A stretch of 64,000 bases of DNA, taken from contig JBAXTE010000003.1 of assembly GCA_037130365.1 (NCBI GenBank), forward strand, positions 15,458 to 79,457, written 5' to 3'. The translations under genes were made by a program, and so were the position numbers. Origin of the DNA: Bacteroidota bacterium (GTDB taxonomy: Bacteria > Bacteroidota > Bacteroidia > Bacteroidales > WCHB1-69). The notes under the pieces were generated by a model that was given only the letters and a program-made list of their open reading frames with translations, searched no databases and was not told the origin of the DNA. This document shows positions 62,828-64,000 of this stretch, piece after piece. Position 1 is the stretch's first letter; every line of letters starts with the position of its first letter.

Positions 62828-64000
62828 TTAACATCTATCAATTTGTAATAATATTTCTTGAATTTGCTTGTATATTATGTCGGGATGTAATTTTTTCATA
62901 CAAAGATTATCTTGACAGGGCGAAAAACGATGATTAAAAACATTAACACAAGGGCTACATGCCAGATTAGCATATATAATATGAGTATTAGTACTGATAG
63001 GTGCAAATAATATTGGAGTTTCTGGTCCAAAAAGCACAATGTTATGAATATCCGTTAACGAAGCAAAATGTCCAGGACCACTGTCGTTTGTAATTAAAAT
63101 ATTCGACATAGAATACAATGTAAGTAATTCTTTAAGACTTAATTCTCCAGCTAAACTAATGATATTATTTGATTTATAAGGCTTCATCAATTCATTAATT
63201 TTTGGAATATCGCTATGTAAACCAGTCAATATTATGAGCGTTTCTGGAATTTCATTAATAATATTTCTAATAAGAATTTCGAAATTTTGTGATGGCCATT
63301 TTCTATTTGGTATTAAATCACTAGCATTTGGATTCAATATTATTAAATATTTGTATGGTGTTGAGTTCAAATTTTGAATTTTTTTAGAAATAAAATTTTT
63401 ATCTTCGGTTGTTGCTTCAAATTTCGGAATTGAATTTTTAGAATGCAAATACTCAATTTTAGGTAAGGGTTGTGTTAGTGATTCAAAGATTGAAGTTTCC
63501 AATAACAAATTATAAGCATAAGCCATGTGTATATATGGATTGTATTGAATTCTATGAGTAAACAAATCGCCACGATATGAATATTCACTATTGAAACGAT
63601 GATAACCGATACGTTTTTTAGCACCAGATAAATAGCATATAATGGCAGACGCTCGGGAAAAAAACTCCATATCGATTACTGTGTCGATTTTAAGGAATCT
63701 GATTTTAGATAATATTTTAATCAAACGATATGCTGTAGAAAAAAAATTCTTGTTTTCTAATTCAATAATATTCTCTTTGGAAATTAAATTAAGAATATCA
63801 AGAATTGGGCGATTTTCTTTTAAAACAAAAATAAATACATTATCAGAACCATACTGTTTAAGAGCTTTTAAAAAAGTATTGGCAGCTATTACCGAAGCTC
63901 CTTGCTCTATTAATTTTACAAAAAGAATCCTTTGCGTTTTTGCTATTGGGGATTTTCGGTTAAATGAAAAAAAAGCAAAACATCGTCTGAATAAGGTTAA
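62828..64000 (-). CDS. Glycosyltransferase family 9 (heptosyltransferase-like), 5' end beyond the window
   Basis: C-terminal ITNDSGPGHFASL and GPETP motifs. The minus-strand frame stays open upstream of the track's TTG start through to position 64000 (...RILFVKLIEQGASVIAANTFLKAL...). Confidence 0.8.
   Translation of the reverse strand, partial: LTLFRRCFAFFSFNRKSPIAKTQRILFVKLIEQGASVIAANTFLKALKQYGSDNVFIFVLKENRPILDILNLISKENIIELENKNFFSTAYRLIKILSKIRFLKIDTVIDMEFFSRASAIICYLSGAKKRIGYHRFNSEYSYRGDLFTHRIQYNPYIHMAYAYNLLLETSIFESLTQPLPKIEYLHSKNSIPKFEATTEDKNFISKKIQNLNSTPYKYLIILNPNASDLIPNRKWPSQNFEILIRNIINEIPETLIILTGLHSDIPKINELMKPYKSNNIISLAGELSLKELLTLYSMSNILITNDSGPGHFASLTDIHNIVLFGPETPILFAPISTNTHIIYANLACSPCVNVFNHRFSPCQDNLCMKKLHPDIIYKQIQEILLQIDRC

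Noticed and set aside
1-64000. Defence systems, prophage, integrative elements, tRNA/rRNA genes.
   Set aside because: I recognised no integrase, transposase, recombinase, nuclease-helicase, toxin-antitoxin or phage structural motifs in any ORF. I saw no tRNA-like cloverleaf or rRNA-like stretch in the intergenic regions.

Overview
AT-rich window with dense, mostly co-directional genes. Repeated TAnnTTTG boxes 10-50 nt upstream of first genes suggest a Bacteroidota (Flavobacteriia-like) chromosome. I see no rRNA, tRNA, CRISPR array, transposase or integrase. Essentially all 64 kb is one mosaic surface-glycan (O-antigen/capsule-type) super-locus made of several modules. (1) 0.36-12 kb: a legionaminic-acid-type nonulosonic acid operon (LegC-like aminotransferase, NeuD/PglD acetyltransferase, NeuB, hydrolysing NeuC, CBS-nucleotidyltransferase). 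It is followed by a second NeuB-like/cytidylyltransferase/oxidoreductase/class-III aminotransferase cassette, then a C-N hydrolase, an SDR and an SGNH hydrolase. (2) 12-20.5 kb: Wzx flippase, a candidate nonulosonic-acid transferase, an epimerase, glycosyltransferases, and PIG-L deacetylase, WbqC and FemAB-like genes. (3) 20.5-21.4 kb: a GxxExxY gene embedded in hairpin repeats. (4) 21.4-25.4 kb: tandem GT paralogs, the second fused to a WbpG/PseA-type PP-loop amidotransferase. (5) An 815-nt repeat-rich non-coding island. (6) 26-33 kb: a TPR/GT-C protein and a carbamoyltransferase-DUF5989-SxtJ-SGNH module. (7) 33-41.7 kb: a WbpE/WbpB-like pair, a GT2, a second carbamoyltransferase, a second amidotransferase, a second C-N hydrolase, and an SGNH paralog plus a remnant copy. 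(8) 42-58 kb is the most unusual block. It combines amino-sugar genes, a private FAS-II cassette (FabL-like ER, FabZ, two FabF-like KS, ACP), GT2, AsnB and four radical-SAM enzymes. (9) 58-64 kb: paralogous polytopic membrane proteins and a GT9. All functional calls come from reading motifs in the translated ORFs; no database search was possible.
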